Of a stretch of 64,000 bases of DNA, positions 10,456 to 21,762 are shown piece by piece. Within the stretch, counting starts at the first letter, position 1. Each line of letters starts with the position of its first letter. The DNA comes from Cyanobacteriota bacterium. GTDB taxonomy: Bacteria > Cyanobacteriota > Cyanobacteriia > Cyanobacteriales > Nostocaceae. A program made the translations under genes and the position numbers. The stretch lies in the NCBI GenBank assembly GCA_046045965.1, contig JBJOKS010000006.1:32001-96000 (forward strand), written 5' to 3'. The notes below the pieces were generated by a model, which worked only from the letters and a program-made list of their open reading frames with translations, did not search any database and was not told the DNA's origin.

Positions 10456-10811
10456 AAGACTAACTATCTTGGCTTCTCAAAAAGTCATCATACACCATTA
10501 TATATGTTTTGCCCAGTAACAAGCAAGATAAAATTGGAAATTTCAGAATATCAAGACTAATTTCCTACTCATTAGTCACTCGATGTACACTAAAAACGAA
10601 ACAAAGGGTATATTTCCGATATATTGTGATCTCAAGGGGGAATTTACCCATGAACGCCGATGCTCTGTAAGGCTTATGCTGGTAAAGTATTTGGCAAATG
10701 CCTGATTTTACCCGAACATAATATAAATAATTATACTTTTGGCAATCTTGCCCAAGTCCATGACATACCCCTTATCAAAACAGCCCCTGTGAGGAGTTAG
10801 TTGCTAGTGCC

Positions 10812-11471
10812 ATGTTTATTCTTAAACGCCAGGATGTTGAAATATCAACTATTCAGCACCCAACGCGGGATCAGCAGGTGCCGATCCTCCATTATCAGGG
10901 GCAAACCTTTCGCCTGATAAGTGTTTTCAAAGCCAGTCAAGAGGTCGAAGCTAAAACTCTGTGGCGATCGCTGACTGACAACCGTGGTAAAGCCTGTGTC
11001 TTGCTAGAAGAACCTGAACGCTTTAGTGTTTGGGGAAAAATTCGCTTAGAACAGCTAGACAGTGATACAGGTAGCCATAGCAATACTGAGATTTTGACAT
11101 TAGCTAGTATTTTGCTGTTGCAAGCCGTTTATCTGGATATTGAAGATTTATTAGGTAATCGACAAGCTGCTTTATTTGAAAAAGATATAACAGGGATGTT
11201 ACAGCAAAAACAATTTCCCCAAGCTTCTTCCCCAGAGTCAGCCAAATCTTTGCTAACTGTTGAGCCTTCTCAAATGCCCAAACTGCCTACTTGGCAGGAA
11301 ACTCATGTGATTATTCTCCTGGAAGAACTGCATCGACTAGGAAAAACATATTTTGGTGATACGAACTTTGCACGTCAATCAGAGGATAGGCTACAAGATA
11401 TGGCAGAAGAAGAACTATTAATATTTATCAGTTGGTTAAATCAATCTCCACTCAGTAAACTTTGGCAGTAG
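10812..11471 (+). CDS. Conserved cyanobacterial protein (resembles Npun_F0813 family)
   Basis: MFILKRQDVEI N-terminus recognised from memory. Confidence 0.7.
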   Translation: MFILKRQDVEISTIQHPTRDQQVPILHYQGQTFRLISVFKASQEVEAKTLWRSLTDNRGKACVLLEEPERFSVWGKIRLEQLDSDTGSHSNTEILTLASILLLQAVYLDIEDLLGNRQAALFEKDITGMLQQKQFPQASSPESAKSLLTVEPSQMPKLPTWQETHVIILLEELHRLGKTYFGDTNFARQSEDRLQDMAEEELLIFISWLNQSPLSKLWQ

Positions 11472-11616
11472 CATGGATATTATTTGTTTACTCACAAATC
11501 GTTCAGTGTTACTAATGTTAGTTTTTACCCTGAGAGATTAAGAGTGGCTCAATGACTGGATACCCGATCAATTACGTCAAAAATAGTGCTACAGTGCATT
11601 TACTTAGTGAAAACCT

Positions 11617-12495
11617 ATGAGTAAATCCTACGACAATTCCTACAAATCAAAGACCATTTTCACCACTCAAAAGATAATTTTGATTAGTCTTGGCTGGGCG
11701 CTGTTAGCCTTGTTATACTTTTTGTTGTTCAGCGCCAAAATCCCCGGACCCAATGGCGAAGAAGTCCGTGAAGCTTGGTATTTGCTGGGAACCAATATCT
11801 TTGAAGCTTCAGCGTACTTGGGTGCAAGTGTTCTTTGCTGGCGAAATTGGCAGAGTACCCAAATTATCAGTAGTCGAAAAGTTTGGCTGTTTATCGGCTT
11901 AGGTATGCTTGCCTATTTGATAGGTGGGATAATTTTCGGCTATATAGAAATAGGTTTAGGCGAAGAACCGGATGTGTCCATCGCTGATGTGTTTTTTGTC
12001 ATAACTTATCTCTTCCTGGGTACGGGTATGTCTCTAGCTTTGTTCTCCCGACGCATCAACTTAGAAAAATGGCAGTGGCTAGTTGTGTTCGCAATTGGCG
12101 CATTAGGGAGTTTTGTGGCTTGGTTTATTTCTCAGCAAAATTCAGCCCCCTCAGCGGAATTAGATCCTCTTTTGCAACAAATAAAACTGGTTTTAGATTG
12201 GTTTTACGTAGTTAGTGATGTACTGTTGTTAATTATCGCTACAATCATGTTGTTAGCTTTCTGGGGAGGAAAAGTTTCCCTGTCCTGGAGAATGATTGCA
12301 GCCGCAGCATTTTCGCTTTACATTGCAGATATGTGGTTTAAATATGCCACTAATTATCTTCCAGATTATCAAAGTGGAGACATACTAGAAGTATTCTGGG
12401 TGTTTAGTGGAGTGTTATTTGGTATGGGCGCTGCTCTAGAATACGAAGCATCATTGAGCCTCAAGCGGCGTACCAGTGGACGCAAACGAAGTTAA
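11617..12495 (+). CDS. Polytopic membrane protein, hypothetical
   Basis: About 8 hydrophobic segments. Confidence 0.85.
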   Translation: MSKSYDNSYKSKTIFTTQKIILISLGWALLALLYFLLFSAKIPGPNGEEVREAWYLLGTNIFEASAYLGASVLCWRNWQSTQIISSRKVWLFIGLGMLAYLIGGIIFGYIEIGLGEEPDVSIADVFFVITYLFLGTGMSLALFSRRINLEKWQWLVVFAIGALGSFVAWFISQQNSAPSAELDPLLQQIKLVLDWFYVVSDVLLLIIATIMLLAFWGGKVSLSWRMIAAAAFSLYIADMWFKYATNYLPDYQSGDILEVFWVFSGVLFGMGAALEYEASLSLKRRTSGRKRS

Positions 12496-12513
12496 CAAAT
12501 TTTGGTGTCTACC

Positions 12514-13497
12514 GTGAGAAAATTAACAGATTCAGACAAACAAGAAATTCTCAAGTTATATAGAGAGACTGCCGAAACCACCTCGACTTTGGCAGAACGC
12601 TATGGAGTGAGCAACTCAACAATTAGCCGACTGCTCAAAAGTACCTTACCGGAAGAAGATTACGAATATCTTGTTTCCTTAAAACGCGCTGCTAGAACCC
12701 CTGAAGGCAGAGCGCAAGTAAGCTATGAACAGTTACCGCTGTTGAGTCAACCCACCACAATAGAAACAGCACCTGTAAGCAGCGATGAACCAAGCTTAGA
12801 GTTGCCAAAGGTAGAACCACAGAAACTGGTAATCAAAGAGGTTCTGCCCAAGTCCGAGCAGGTTCCACCCCCAATCCCAGCTATTAGAAGGGTGAAAACG
12901 CGCTCTTCTGCCACTGACAAACCACTATTGCCTGCAACCAAAGAAATAGAGATTGTCAGACACAAGCCCACAGAATTACCCAGCATCAAAAGAACAATTT
13001 TGGAGGATGAAACCCCAGAGGTAAATATCATTGCGACTATGTTCGATGATGATTTGCTGGACGAGTCTGATGATTTGGACGATTTAGACGATGATTTGTA
13101 TGAAGATGAGGAAGATTTTGAAGACGAGGATTTTGAGGAACCTACACCCCTAGTCACAAGACGTAGACCAGGAGAAGGAGCGGTTCAAGTGTTACCCTTG
13201 TCAGTCGCACCTTTGCCTAAAACTTGTTATTTGGTAATTGACCGGTCTGCGGAGTTAATTACTAGACCACTCAAGGATTTTGGCGATTTGGGAGCTATTC
13301 CTACTATTGAAACCCAACAGAGAACTCTACCTGTTTTTGATAACCATCGAGTTGCTAAACGCTTTTCTACCAAGCGCGATCGCGTAATTAAAGTCCCTGA
13401 CAGTAGAATGCTGCATAAGGCTAGTACCCATCTACAAGCCAAAGGCATCACCCGACTGTTAATTGATGGTCAGGTTTACTCTCTGTCTATGGTTTAG
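12514..13497 (+). CDS. Hypothetical protein with N-terminal HTH, acidic tract and conserved C-terminal domain
   Basis: TTSTLAERYGVSNSTISRLL HTH; Asp/Glu-rich linker; start uncertain (12502-12514). Confidence 0.8.
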   Translation: MRKLTDSDKQEILKLYRETAETTSTLAERYGVSNSTISRLLKSTLPEEDYEYLVSLKRAARTPEGRAQVSYEQLPLLSQPTTIETAPVSSDEPSLELPKVEPQKLVIKEVLPKSEQVPPPIPAIRRVKTRSSATDKPLLPATKEIEIVRHKPTELPSIKRTILEDETPEVNIIATMFDDDLLDESDDLDDLDDDLYEDEEDFEDEDFEEPTPLVTRRRPGEGAVQVLPLSVAPLPKTCYLVIDRSAELITRPLKDFGDLGAIPTIETQQRTLPVFDNHRVAKRFSTKRDRVIKVPDSRMLHKASTHLQAKGITRLLIDGQVYSLSMV

Positions 13498-13499
13498 CA

Positions 13500-13832
13500 A
13501 TGTTGCCGCAACCAACTGATGATGGTGTTGTATTGGTGACAACTGCTACTGAGGAAGAAGCCAAAACAATTGCACAAGCTGTTGTGGAAGCTAAACTCGC
13601 AGCTGCCGTCAGTCTGTCACCGGTCTACTCTATTTACAGATGGCAGGGAGAAATTCACAACAAGCATGAATGGCAGTTGATGATGAAAACTAATTTGGCA
13701 TTATTCCCTACATTAGAAGCCAAAATTAGAGAAATTCATTCCTATCAACTGCCAGAAATTATCGCTTTACCTATTTTTAACGCTAGTCCTGCCTACCAAC
13801 AATGGATCAATGAGCAGGTACAAACAGAATAA
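13500..13832 (+). CDS. cutA: Divalent-cation tolerance protein CutA
   Basis: SIYRWQG and HSYQLPEII motifs. Confidence 0.92.
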   Translation: MLPQPTDDGVVLVTTATEEEAKTIAQAVVEAKLAAAVSLSPVYSIYRWQGEIHNKHEWQLMMKTNLALFPTLEAKIREIHSYQLPEIIALPIFNASPAYQQWINEQVQTE

Positions 13833-14176
13833 ATACTTTCATGATTCTTCACTAAGTAAGACCATGTGCTTATTCTTACTGAATAATTGCTGTAAGGAAG
13901 TCAATTAACGTGATTTTTATATTTATTTACCTAACTTTTATATACAAACAGATACAATATTCCCAGTCTAAGTTTGATTTAACTAAATGTTAAGAATTGA
14001 TCACCTAAACCTTAATACACAGTAACAAAACGAAAATATACTATATATATAATATAAACTACATCAAATCTCTGGAACAATACAGGTGACAGGTGGCAGC
14101 TTTAAAACTAGAGTAAAACTTTTAAGAATGAATATCACTGATATTTATTTGTTATAGATAACAGGGAAATTAGTAA

Positions 14177-14794
14177 ATGCCTAGAAATTATAGTGTGAAA
14201 AGACTCGGTAATGGTTTAACCACTGGTACAACCACAACATCGGAGAAATTACTAGGTACTGTCAAATCATGGCAACAGCACTTAGTTGAATCCGTACCCT
14301 TTTTAATCGCTTGCGCTGTGTTTTTAAGCGTCATTAGTTTAAAAAGTCCTATTCTGCTTTTTTGTTTACTAATGGGCAGTTTAATTACAATAGTCTGCCA
14401 GCAAATTGGACAGCAGATAAATTTACCAAAAAAATGGCTAATAATATTACAAATATCGGCAGTATCCATCATTCTAAGTTTATTTTGGGTAGACTTTTTT
14501 GCTGCACCAGCATCTGCTCAATTTTTTGGTAAAGCTGAAAACTTCTTCAAAAATACATTGACACAAGGTACAGATAGCAGTAGTAATCCTCAAACAGCAG
14601 TCAGTTTAATATTCAACGTTTTACGAGCAATTTATTTACTTTATATTGCTGTTTCTCTAATTGGTGTCATTAATGCAGTTCGCAAAGATGAAGATTGGCA
14701 AAGTATTGCTAGAGTTCCGTTGATAGTAGTTGTTGCTGTTACTGTTGCGGATGTCCTCACAGGCTTTGTAATTGGTGATGGTGGCAGCAATTAA
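14177..14794 (+). CDS. VirB2/pilin-like membrane protein of MPF_C-like cluster
   Basis: APASA|QFF cleavage-like site followed by two hydrophobic helices; first gene of the cluster. Confidence 0.6.
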   Translation: MPRNYSVKRLGNGLTTGTTTTSEKLLGTVKSWQQHLVESVPFLIACAVFLSVISLKSPILLFCLLMGSLITIVCQQIGQQINLPKKWLIILQISAVSIILSLFWVDFFAAPASAQFFGKAENFFKNTLTQGTDSSSNPQTAVSLIFNVLRAIYLLYIAVSLIGVINAVRKDEDWQSIARVPLIVVVAVTVADVLTGFVIGDGGSN

Positions 14795-14839
14795 TTTGTC
14801 TGTGTGATCAGATTCAGAAAAGTTTAAGTTCTAGTTTTT

Positions 14840-15217
14840 ATGTCTCAAGAACGTGATCAAGAATTTCGCCCAGTTAATCAAATATTAGGATCACAACCAT
14901 CATTAGGCCCTATTCCCGCTGATCAAATTCTACCCTGGTTGATTATTGTTCTAGTCTCATACTTTGTAATTAATGGAGTTTTTGGAGGACTATTTACAGA
15001 TGATTTTCAACGATGGTTGTGGACAGCATTAATGACAGGTTGGGGAATAGCAACTTGGTGGATTTTAAGTGGTGGTAGGAGTTGGCGATTTTTAAGTAAA
15101 TTTATTGGCGTTCCCACTTGGACAAGAGGTTTTGCTCGTTATCAAAGCTTGTTAGCAATTAACCATGAAGCAAAAAATCGGAAAACAAAACATCGGTATC
15201 GCAGGTCAAGAAAGTAG
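14840..15217 (+). CDS. VirB3-like small membrane protein
   Basis: Two TM segments, overlaps the VirB4-like start, FRPVNQILG motif. Confidence 0.6.
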   Translation: MSQERDQEFRPVNQILGSQPSLGPIPADQILPWLIIVLVSYFVINGVFGGLFTDDFQRWLWTALMTGWGIATWWILSGGRSWRFLSKFIGVPTWTRGFARYQSLLAINHEAKNRKTKHRYRRSRK

Positions 15218-17912
15218 ATTAACACCATTTGAAGATGCTTTACATTTGGCGACAATGCTCCGTATTTCGCTAAATTCTAGAGATATTGGGGCTTATATTC
15301 TCAATAAAGAAAATCAAAAAGATAGGTTTTGCTTTGTCTTTGGGTTTGAATGTCGAGGCATTCATACCACTTTAAGGTCGGAACAAATAGAGACAATTTT
15401 TAATAATATTGAATCAGGTTTAAAAGATATTCCTGAAGGAGAAAAAATGACCTTGCATATAGGGTCATTTAGTTCAGATAAACAACGCCAAAAAGAATTA
15501 GGAGACTTAGTAAAGAAGACACCATCACGGGATATCAAATATTTATTGACGGCAGAAAGAGCGAGAATTCAAGAACTTACTAATTCTGGGATTCGCAAAC
15601 CGAAATTTCTGCGAATTTATGTGACTTATACGATAGAACCTAATGTAACACAAGCTAATGATTGGATTGAAAAATTTTTAGCCAAAACTGAAATTTGGTG
15701 GTTGAAATTTAAAGGAGAATTAGCAGAAGTTCAAAACCAGCGGATTGAAACTTTGATCATCAAAGCTTACCAAGAAGGTTTTTCTCGATGGGAACAATTG
15801 TTATCTAACAAAATGGGGTTAGATGTCAAACCTTTAAATGCTGATGAACTTTGGGAAGAAGCCTGGAGACGATTTAATGATACACCACCTATAGAAATTC
15901 CCCAATTACTTTATTTAGATGAAAATGGACTGCATGAACAAGTTAATTCAGAATTAGCTAGTAGCAAATTGTTGATAGAAAATGTCCACAGTACAACTTT
16001 GTTGATGGAATCTAGTGTACCCTGTGCGGATCGTCGTTGGGTGAATGTGAAAAATCGCTATATTGGAGCAATGACGTTTCTGGAAAAACCGGGAGGTTGG
16101 CCGAATAAATTTTCTCAGTTGCGTTATTTGTGGGATTTATTGGCTAGAGAAACGGTAGTAGATACAGAAATTTTTTGTCAGTTAACGGCTGCAAATCCCG
16201 CATTAGTAAAAACTACTTTACAACGAGTTTTAAAGCAGTCGAATATGACAGCAATGATGGCTCAAGAAAAAAGTAAAACTATTGATGTAAATGCTCAATT
16301 AAAGTTAAAGAAATCCGTAGCAGCACAAGAACAATTATATGAAGGTGCTGTTCCGATATATACGAGTGTAGTTATTTTTGTCCATCGTCCGACTATAGAA
16401 AAATTAGACGAAGCTACAAGATATATTGAAAACTGTTTTCAACGTCCTGCACAGGTAATTAGAGAAGTAGAATATGCCTGGAAAATTTGGTTACAATCTT
16501 TACCAATAGTTTGGGAAGGTTTGTTAGTTAAGCCATTTAACCGCAGACAATTATATTTAACCAGTGAAGTTCCGGGATTAATGCCTTTAATATTAACTAA
16601 AGCTGGAGATAAATATGGCTTTGAATTAATTGCTGAAGAAGGGGGAACACCAATACATTTAGATTTGTTTAATCAACATAAAAATTTAGCTTTGTTTGCG
16701 ACAACTCGTGCGGGTAAATCGGTTTTGGTGTCGGGAATTTTAACTCAAGCTTTAGCACATGGAATTCCTGTAATTGCGTTAGATTTTCCTAAACCTGATG
16801 GGACATCTACCTTTACTGACTATACAGAGTTTATGGAGGGAAATGGAGCGTATTTTGATATTTCCAAACAGTCAAATAATTTGTTTGAACAACCAGATTT
16901 GCGATCGCTCTCTCCAGAAGAACAACGCGATCGCCTTCTCGATTATACTGGATTCTTAGAATCAGCCTTAATGACAATGGTTTTAGGCTCATCCACTGAA
17001 AATCAACTCTTAACTCAAACCGTGCGTTCCTTACTCAATTTAGCCTTAACAGCGTTCTTTGCTGATGCCGGGATTAAGGAGCGATATAAACAAGCAATAG
17101 CTGACGGTTTTGGTAGTGCAGCTTGGCAAAAAACCCCTACTTTACAAGACTTTCTCTATTTTTGTTCTCCAGAACATCTGCAATTAGATTCTATTAGTGG
17201 CAGAGTCGATGATGCACTTAGTCAAATTCAATTGCGGTTACGTTTTTGGCTTTCTAGTCGTGTGGGAAAATCAATTTCTGCACCATCTAGCTTTCCTACA
17301 GATGCCCAACTTTTAGTTTTTGCACTGCGAAATTTATCAGATAATGAAGATGCAGCAGTTTTATCTTTAAGTGCTTATTCAGCCGCTTTGCGACGAGCAT
17401 TAAGCAGTCCAGCTTCGATATTTTTTATTGATGAAGCCCCAATTTTATTTGAATTTGATCAAATATCAGATTTAGTTGGCAGAATTTGTGCCAACGGTGC
17501 AAAAGCTGGAATCAGAGTTATTTTATCAGCACAAGATCCCGATACTATTGCTAAATCTAAAGCCTCATCAAAGATTTTACAAAACTTATCAACGAGATTA
17601 ATTGGTCGTATTCAGCCAGTAGCAGTAGATAGTTTTGTCAACATTTTAAAATACCCCCGTGATGTTATTTCTCGGAATGCGACAGAAAGCTTTTTTCCTC
17701 GGAAAGAAGGTATTTACAGTCAATGGTTGCTAGATGACAACGGCATTTATACATTCTGTCGTTATTATCCAGGTTATGAACAATTGGCTGCGGTTGCTAA
17801 CAACCCCAATGAACAAACTGCTCGTCAAGAAGCTATGTTACATTACAAGGATAAATATGAAGCAATTTCTGTATTTGCTCGGCAGTTAGTAGCTTCGCTG
17901 CGTGGTAGTTAA
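15165..17912 (+). CDS. virB4: VirB4-like ATPase
   Basis: 915 aa; C-terminal P-loop ATTRAGKS, Walker B FFIDEA, ILSAQD. Confidence 0.8.
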   Translation: MKQKIGKQNIGIAGQESRLTPFEDALHLATMLRISLNSRDIGAYILNKENQKDRFCFVFGFECRGIHTTLRSEQIETIFNNIESGLKDIPEGEKMTLHIGSFSSDKQRQKELGDLVKKTPSRDIKYLLTAERARIQELTNSGIRKPKFLRIYVTYTIEPNVTQANDWIEKFLAKTEIWWLKFKGELAEVQNQRIETLIIKAYQEGFSRWEQLLSNKMGLDVKPLNADELWEEAWRRFNDTPPIEIPQLLYLDENGLHEQVNSELASSKLLIENVHSTTLLMESSVPCADRRWVNVKNRYIGAMTFLEKPGGWPNKFSQLRYLWDLLARETVVDTEIFCQLTAANPALVKTTLQRVLKQSNMTAMMAQEKSKTIDVNAQLKLKKSVAAQEQLYEGAVPIYTSVVIFVHRPTIEKLDEATRYIENCFQRPAQVIREVEYAWKIWLQSLPIVWEGLLVKPFNRRQLYLTSEVPGLMPLILTKAGDKYGFELIAEEGGTPIHLDLFNQHKNLALFATTRAGKSVLVSGILTQALAHGIPVIALDFPKPDGTSTFTDYTEFMEGNGAYFDISKQSNNLFEQPDLRSLSPEEQRDRLLDYTGFLESALMTMVLGSSTENQLLTQTVRSLLNLALTAFFADAGIKERYKQAIADGFGSAAWQKTPTLQDFLYFCSPEHLQLDSISGRVDDALSQIQLRLRFWLSSRVGKSISAPSSFPTDAQLLVFALRNLSDNEDAAVLSLSAYSAALRRALSSPASIFFIDEAPILFEFDQISDLVGRICANGAKAGIRVILSAQDPDTIAKSKASSKILQNLSTRLIGRIQPVAVDSFVNILKYPRDVISRNATESFFPRKEGIYSQWLLDDNGIYTFCRYYPGYEQLAAVANNPNEQTARQEAMLHYKDKYEAISVFARQLVASLRGS

Positions 17913-17969
17913 TTAGGTGAGATGTCAAGATAAAAGAATGGTATAAATTCACATAGTAAAAGGGATTAT

Positions 17970-18821
<852 letters not shown>

Positions 18822-18871
18822 GTCTTACTACTGTAATTAATTGACTTTTATCAAAAACCTGTGAACCAAAA

Positions 18872-19921
18872 ATGCGACTTTATATTTTGCAAATTTTTCC
18901 AGAAATAGGTATCAATGAAACTCTGAATAGTGGTACAGAAACTGCCAGAAGTATGGCAGAAAGTTGGGATAATCAATGGTTAGATTTATTACAAAATAAC
19001 ACCAGCAATAATTTATATGGAGCGATCACAAATTTGGGTGTGTTTTTCGCTGTAGGAACTCTATTATTTTTTATGATGCAATGGTTGAAAGATGTTCTGT
19101 ACAGTGAATATTCCCGTCCTATATCGGGTTTGATTTGGCCTTTTATAGTAGTAGTTCTATTAAGTAATACGGGAAATGGTAGTATACTTTCTAGTTTGAC
19201 TTTGGGGGTAAGAAGTTTTATCAATACTGTCAATCAGCAAGTAGTGAATACAGCAGATGCTGATCAAACTTATCAACAAGCTTTAAATATGAGTTTAGCT
19301 GAAGAAGTTGCTGGTTCTTTAATTCGTCCTTGTCAGTCTTTAACAGGTGAACAACAAATCCAATGTTTTGCTAAAGCCAGTGATCAAATAGATGGACTAT
19401 GGCGAGAATATAGAAATTTATATGGTGATAAAGTTTGGATTCAAAGATTAGAAAATCAGGTAATTTCCCTAAAATTTGGCACATTGAATTTATCAGATAC
19501 TACTTTTAATTCCTTGTTGGGGAATACGGCACAGACTAGCATCAAAAACTTTTTAATTTCCTTGCAATATGCTTTTCAAAATTTGCTAGAAGCTACTATG
19601 TTACTGATAGCAGCTTTGGGTCCGATAGCTGTGGGTGCGTCTTTGTTACCTGTGGCTGGAAAGCCGATTTTTGCATGGATAACGGGGTTTCTAGCGGCGG
19701 GAATTGCCAAGATATCATTTAATATCATTGCTGCTGTCACCTCTGCTGTAGTGATTAATGGACCGGCGGAAAATCCTAATGCGAATCCTGATTTAATGTG
19801 GTTCATTATTTTTCTGGGAATTTTAGCACCTGTTTTATCCTTAGTTGTGGCTGGTGCGGGAGGATTTGCGGTTTTTAGTGCTATTAATAATACCGATGGT
19901 TTGGTAAAAGGTAGGATATAA
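18872..19921 (+). CDS. VirB6-like polytopic inner-membrane protein
   Basis: 2 N-terminal and 3-4 C-terminal TM segments around a periplasmic loop with a Cys pair. Confidence 0.6.
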   Translation: MRLYILQIFPEIGINETLNSGTETARSMAESWDNQWLDLLQNNTSNNLYGAITNLGVFFAVGTLLFFMMQWLKDVLYSEYSRPISGLIWPFIVVVLLSNTGNGSILSSLTLGVRSFINTVNQQVVNTADADQTYQQALNMSLAEEVAGSLIRPCQSLTGEQQIQCFAKASDQIDGLWREYRNLYGDKVWIQRLENQVISLKFGTLNLSDTTFNSLLGNTAQTSIKNFLISLQYAFQNLLEATMLLIAALGPIAVGASLLPVAGKPIFAWITGFLAAGIAKISFNIIAAVTSAVVINGPAENPNANPDLMWFIIFLGILAPVLSLVVAGAGGFAVFSAINNTDGLVKGRI

Positions 19922-19923
19922 AT

Positions 19924-20025
19924 CAAGACATTTAAGTTAATAATTTTCCCTTCTCTTTTCTCTGTGTTCTCTGCGTCCTCTGCGGTTAGTTTCCCAAAAA
20001 AATTAGGCTTAACTGAACCGTATTG
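19924..20025. mobile_element. Degenerate Nezha-like MITE
   Basis: Right TIR CTTAACTGAACCGTATTG intact, left TIR 13/18; flanks GGATATAAAT/GCATATAAAT (9/10). Confidence 0.7.
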
Positions 20026-20068
20026 GCATATAAATCTGAATAATATTCAATAGGATGAATATACAAAA

Positions 20069-20893
20069 ATGACAAATTTACTTAACAAGAAAAAACCCAA
20101 AGGGAATATTTTAAATACTTTTGCGATCGCTACTTTCAGTCTGCATTTATTAGTATTATTTTTATTCATTTTGCAAGGTTTAAACATTCGCCAACTCAGT
20201 TTGCGAAAACCGCCTAATTTTGTGCAAATGATTGATGGTCAAACTCCATCTGCTACTGATGACTTAGCCAGAGATCCCGAAGCAATACGCCAATTTATCA
20301 GTAAAACCATGACATCCATGTTTAATTGGTCGGGAACTTTACCAATAAACAATGTTGAAGCATCGACAAAACCACAACCAGATCCAGGAATTACAGTGAG
20401 AACATCACAGGGTGGAAATCAAAAAGTGACTACGAGTAGTTGGGTTGCTAGTTTTGCCATATCAGAAGATTTTCGTAAAGGTTTTTTAAGTGCGATCGCT
20501 CAAATGACTCCACCAGAAGTTTTCTCTAGCAACCTCAGTCAAGGAATGTCCGCAGAATTAGTCATTAAGCGAATTTATCCCCCAGAACAAATAGAAGCTG
20601 GTAAATGGAGAGTGGGAATGGTAGCAGATTTAATTCAAAAAAAACGCGCAAATGATATCAGAACAATAACCCCCTTTAATAAAGATTTATTAGTTCGTGC
20701 AGTAGATTATTATCCCTATCCCCTACCTAATATTAGCACCGATATTCAAAAAGCAATTTATAGCAATCGCGCTCAGAAATTAGAAATTTATGAAATTCGG
20801 AGTTTATGCTTAATAGATAACTATAGTAACCTGAGTGATGATAAATCAAATCCTTGCGGAAATAGCAGAACTTCTGATAGTTTTATCAGATAA
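20069..20893 (+). CDS. VirB8-like bitopic protein 1
   Basis: N-terminal TM, VQMIDG, AIRQFISKTMTSMFNWSG; paralogous to the next gene. Confidence 0.6.
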   Translation: MTNLLNKKKPKGNILNTFAIATFSLHLLVLFLFILQGLNIRQLSLRKPPNFVQMIDGQTPSATDDLARDPEAIRQFISKTMTSMFNWSGTLPINNVEASTKPQPDPGITVRTSQGGNQKVTTSSWVASFAISEDFRKGFLSAIAQMTPPEVFSSNLSQGMSAELVIKRIYPPEQIEAGKWRVGMVADLIQKKRANDIRTITPFNKDLLVRAVDYYPYPLPNISTDIQKAIYSNRAQKLEIYEIRSLCLIDNYSNLSDDKSNPCGNSRTSDSFIR

Positions 20894-20935
20894 ATAAATT
20901 TTAATTACCAATAACCAATCACCAATGACTTAATT

Positions 20936-21628
20936 ATGCAATTAGTAAAATCAGAAACTAAAAAAAGTAGCATCTTACCACTATTAGCTGTAGGAACATT
21001 TGGCTTACATCTCTTTACCCTGCTATTACTTGTATTCCACGGTTCTATGTTACAGGATTTAAAGCGACAATTAACACCCCAAAGTTTAGTACAACTTATT
21101 GATGGTCGTGCTATTAGTGTAGACCCCAAAGCAAATTATGAGCGACATCCAGAGACAATTCGCCGCTTTGTCGGTGAAACCATGACTCTCATGCTTACCT
21201 GGTCAAGACAACAGCCACCACTTACAGTATGGGACATTAGTTCACAACTCTTAGCCTCTGATTTGAAACCAAAATTTCAGTCAGAAATTACTAATTTAAA
21301 TTCTAATAATCAATTTGCCAATATTAATCAAGGAACTGAATATGTATTAGTAATAGAAAAGATTTCTCAACCTACACAGACAGCCAATGGTAAATGGGAA
21401 ATAGAGATGCTTGCCAATCAATTGACTTTTAGCGGTTATAATAATTTGGGAACATCAATTCCGTTTAATAAAAAAATCTTAATCAGAGCCATTGATCAAC
21501 CAAAAACTTCACTACCAACCAAACCACTACCGTGGCATTTAGCAGCTTACCGTCTTGGGGAAGCTAGGCTAGAAATTTACGATATATGTGACATCAAAGA
21601 TAACAAATGTTCTGTAAAATCTAACTAA
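20936..21628 (+). CDS. VirB8-like bitopic protein 2
   Basis: N-terminal TM, VQLIDG, TIRRFVGETMTLMLTW, LEIYDI. Confidence 0.6.
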   Translation: MQLVKSETKKSSILPLLAVGTFGLHLFTLLLLVFHGSMLQDLKRQLTPQSLVQLIDGRAISVDPKANYERHPETIRRFVGETMTLMLTWSRQQPPLTVWDISSQLLASDLKPKFQSEITNLNSNNQFANINQGTEYVLVIEKISQPTQTANGKWEIEMLANQLTFSGYNNLGTSIPFNKKILIRAIDQPKTSLPTKPLPWHLAAYRLGEARLEIYDICDIKDNKCSVKSN

Positions 21629-21695
21629 GCAATAAACTCTAAGATTCCTATCTGAGTTTGAACAGATTACTTACACATTTACACATCTATTCTCT

Positions 21696-21728
21696 TCCCT
21701 CCTGCCTTCTGCCTCCTGCCTCCTGCCT
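21696..21728. repeat. STRR (CCTCCTG)n upstream of the likely VirB10 start
   Basis: Visible in sequence. Confidence 0.8.
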
Positions 21729-21762
21729 TGCCATAACGACAATTTTTAACGCCTACCTACTT

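Noticed and set aside
12747..13451. Antisense ORFs here and similar ones (e.g. 195-380, 19576-19926, 54936-55700, 60777-61871)
   Set aside because: Shadows of real genes on the other strand or frame, with low-complexity translations
12502..13497. Transposase
   Set aside because: Only an HTH; no DDE or HUH motif, TIRs or target duplication
21658..21762. N-terminal extension of the VirB10-like ORF
   Set aside because: Translates an STRR tract; ATG 21763 is more plausible
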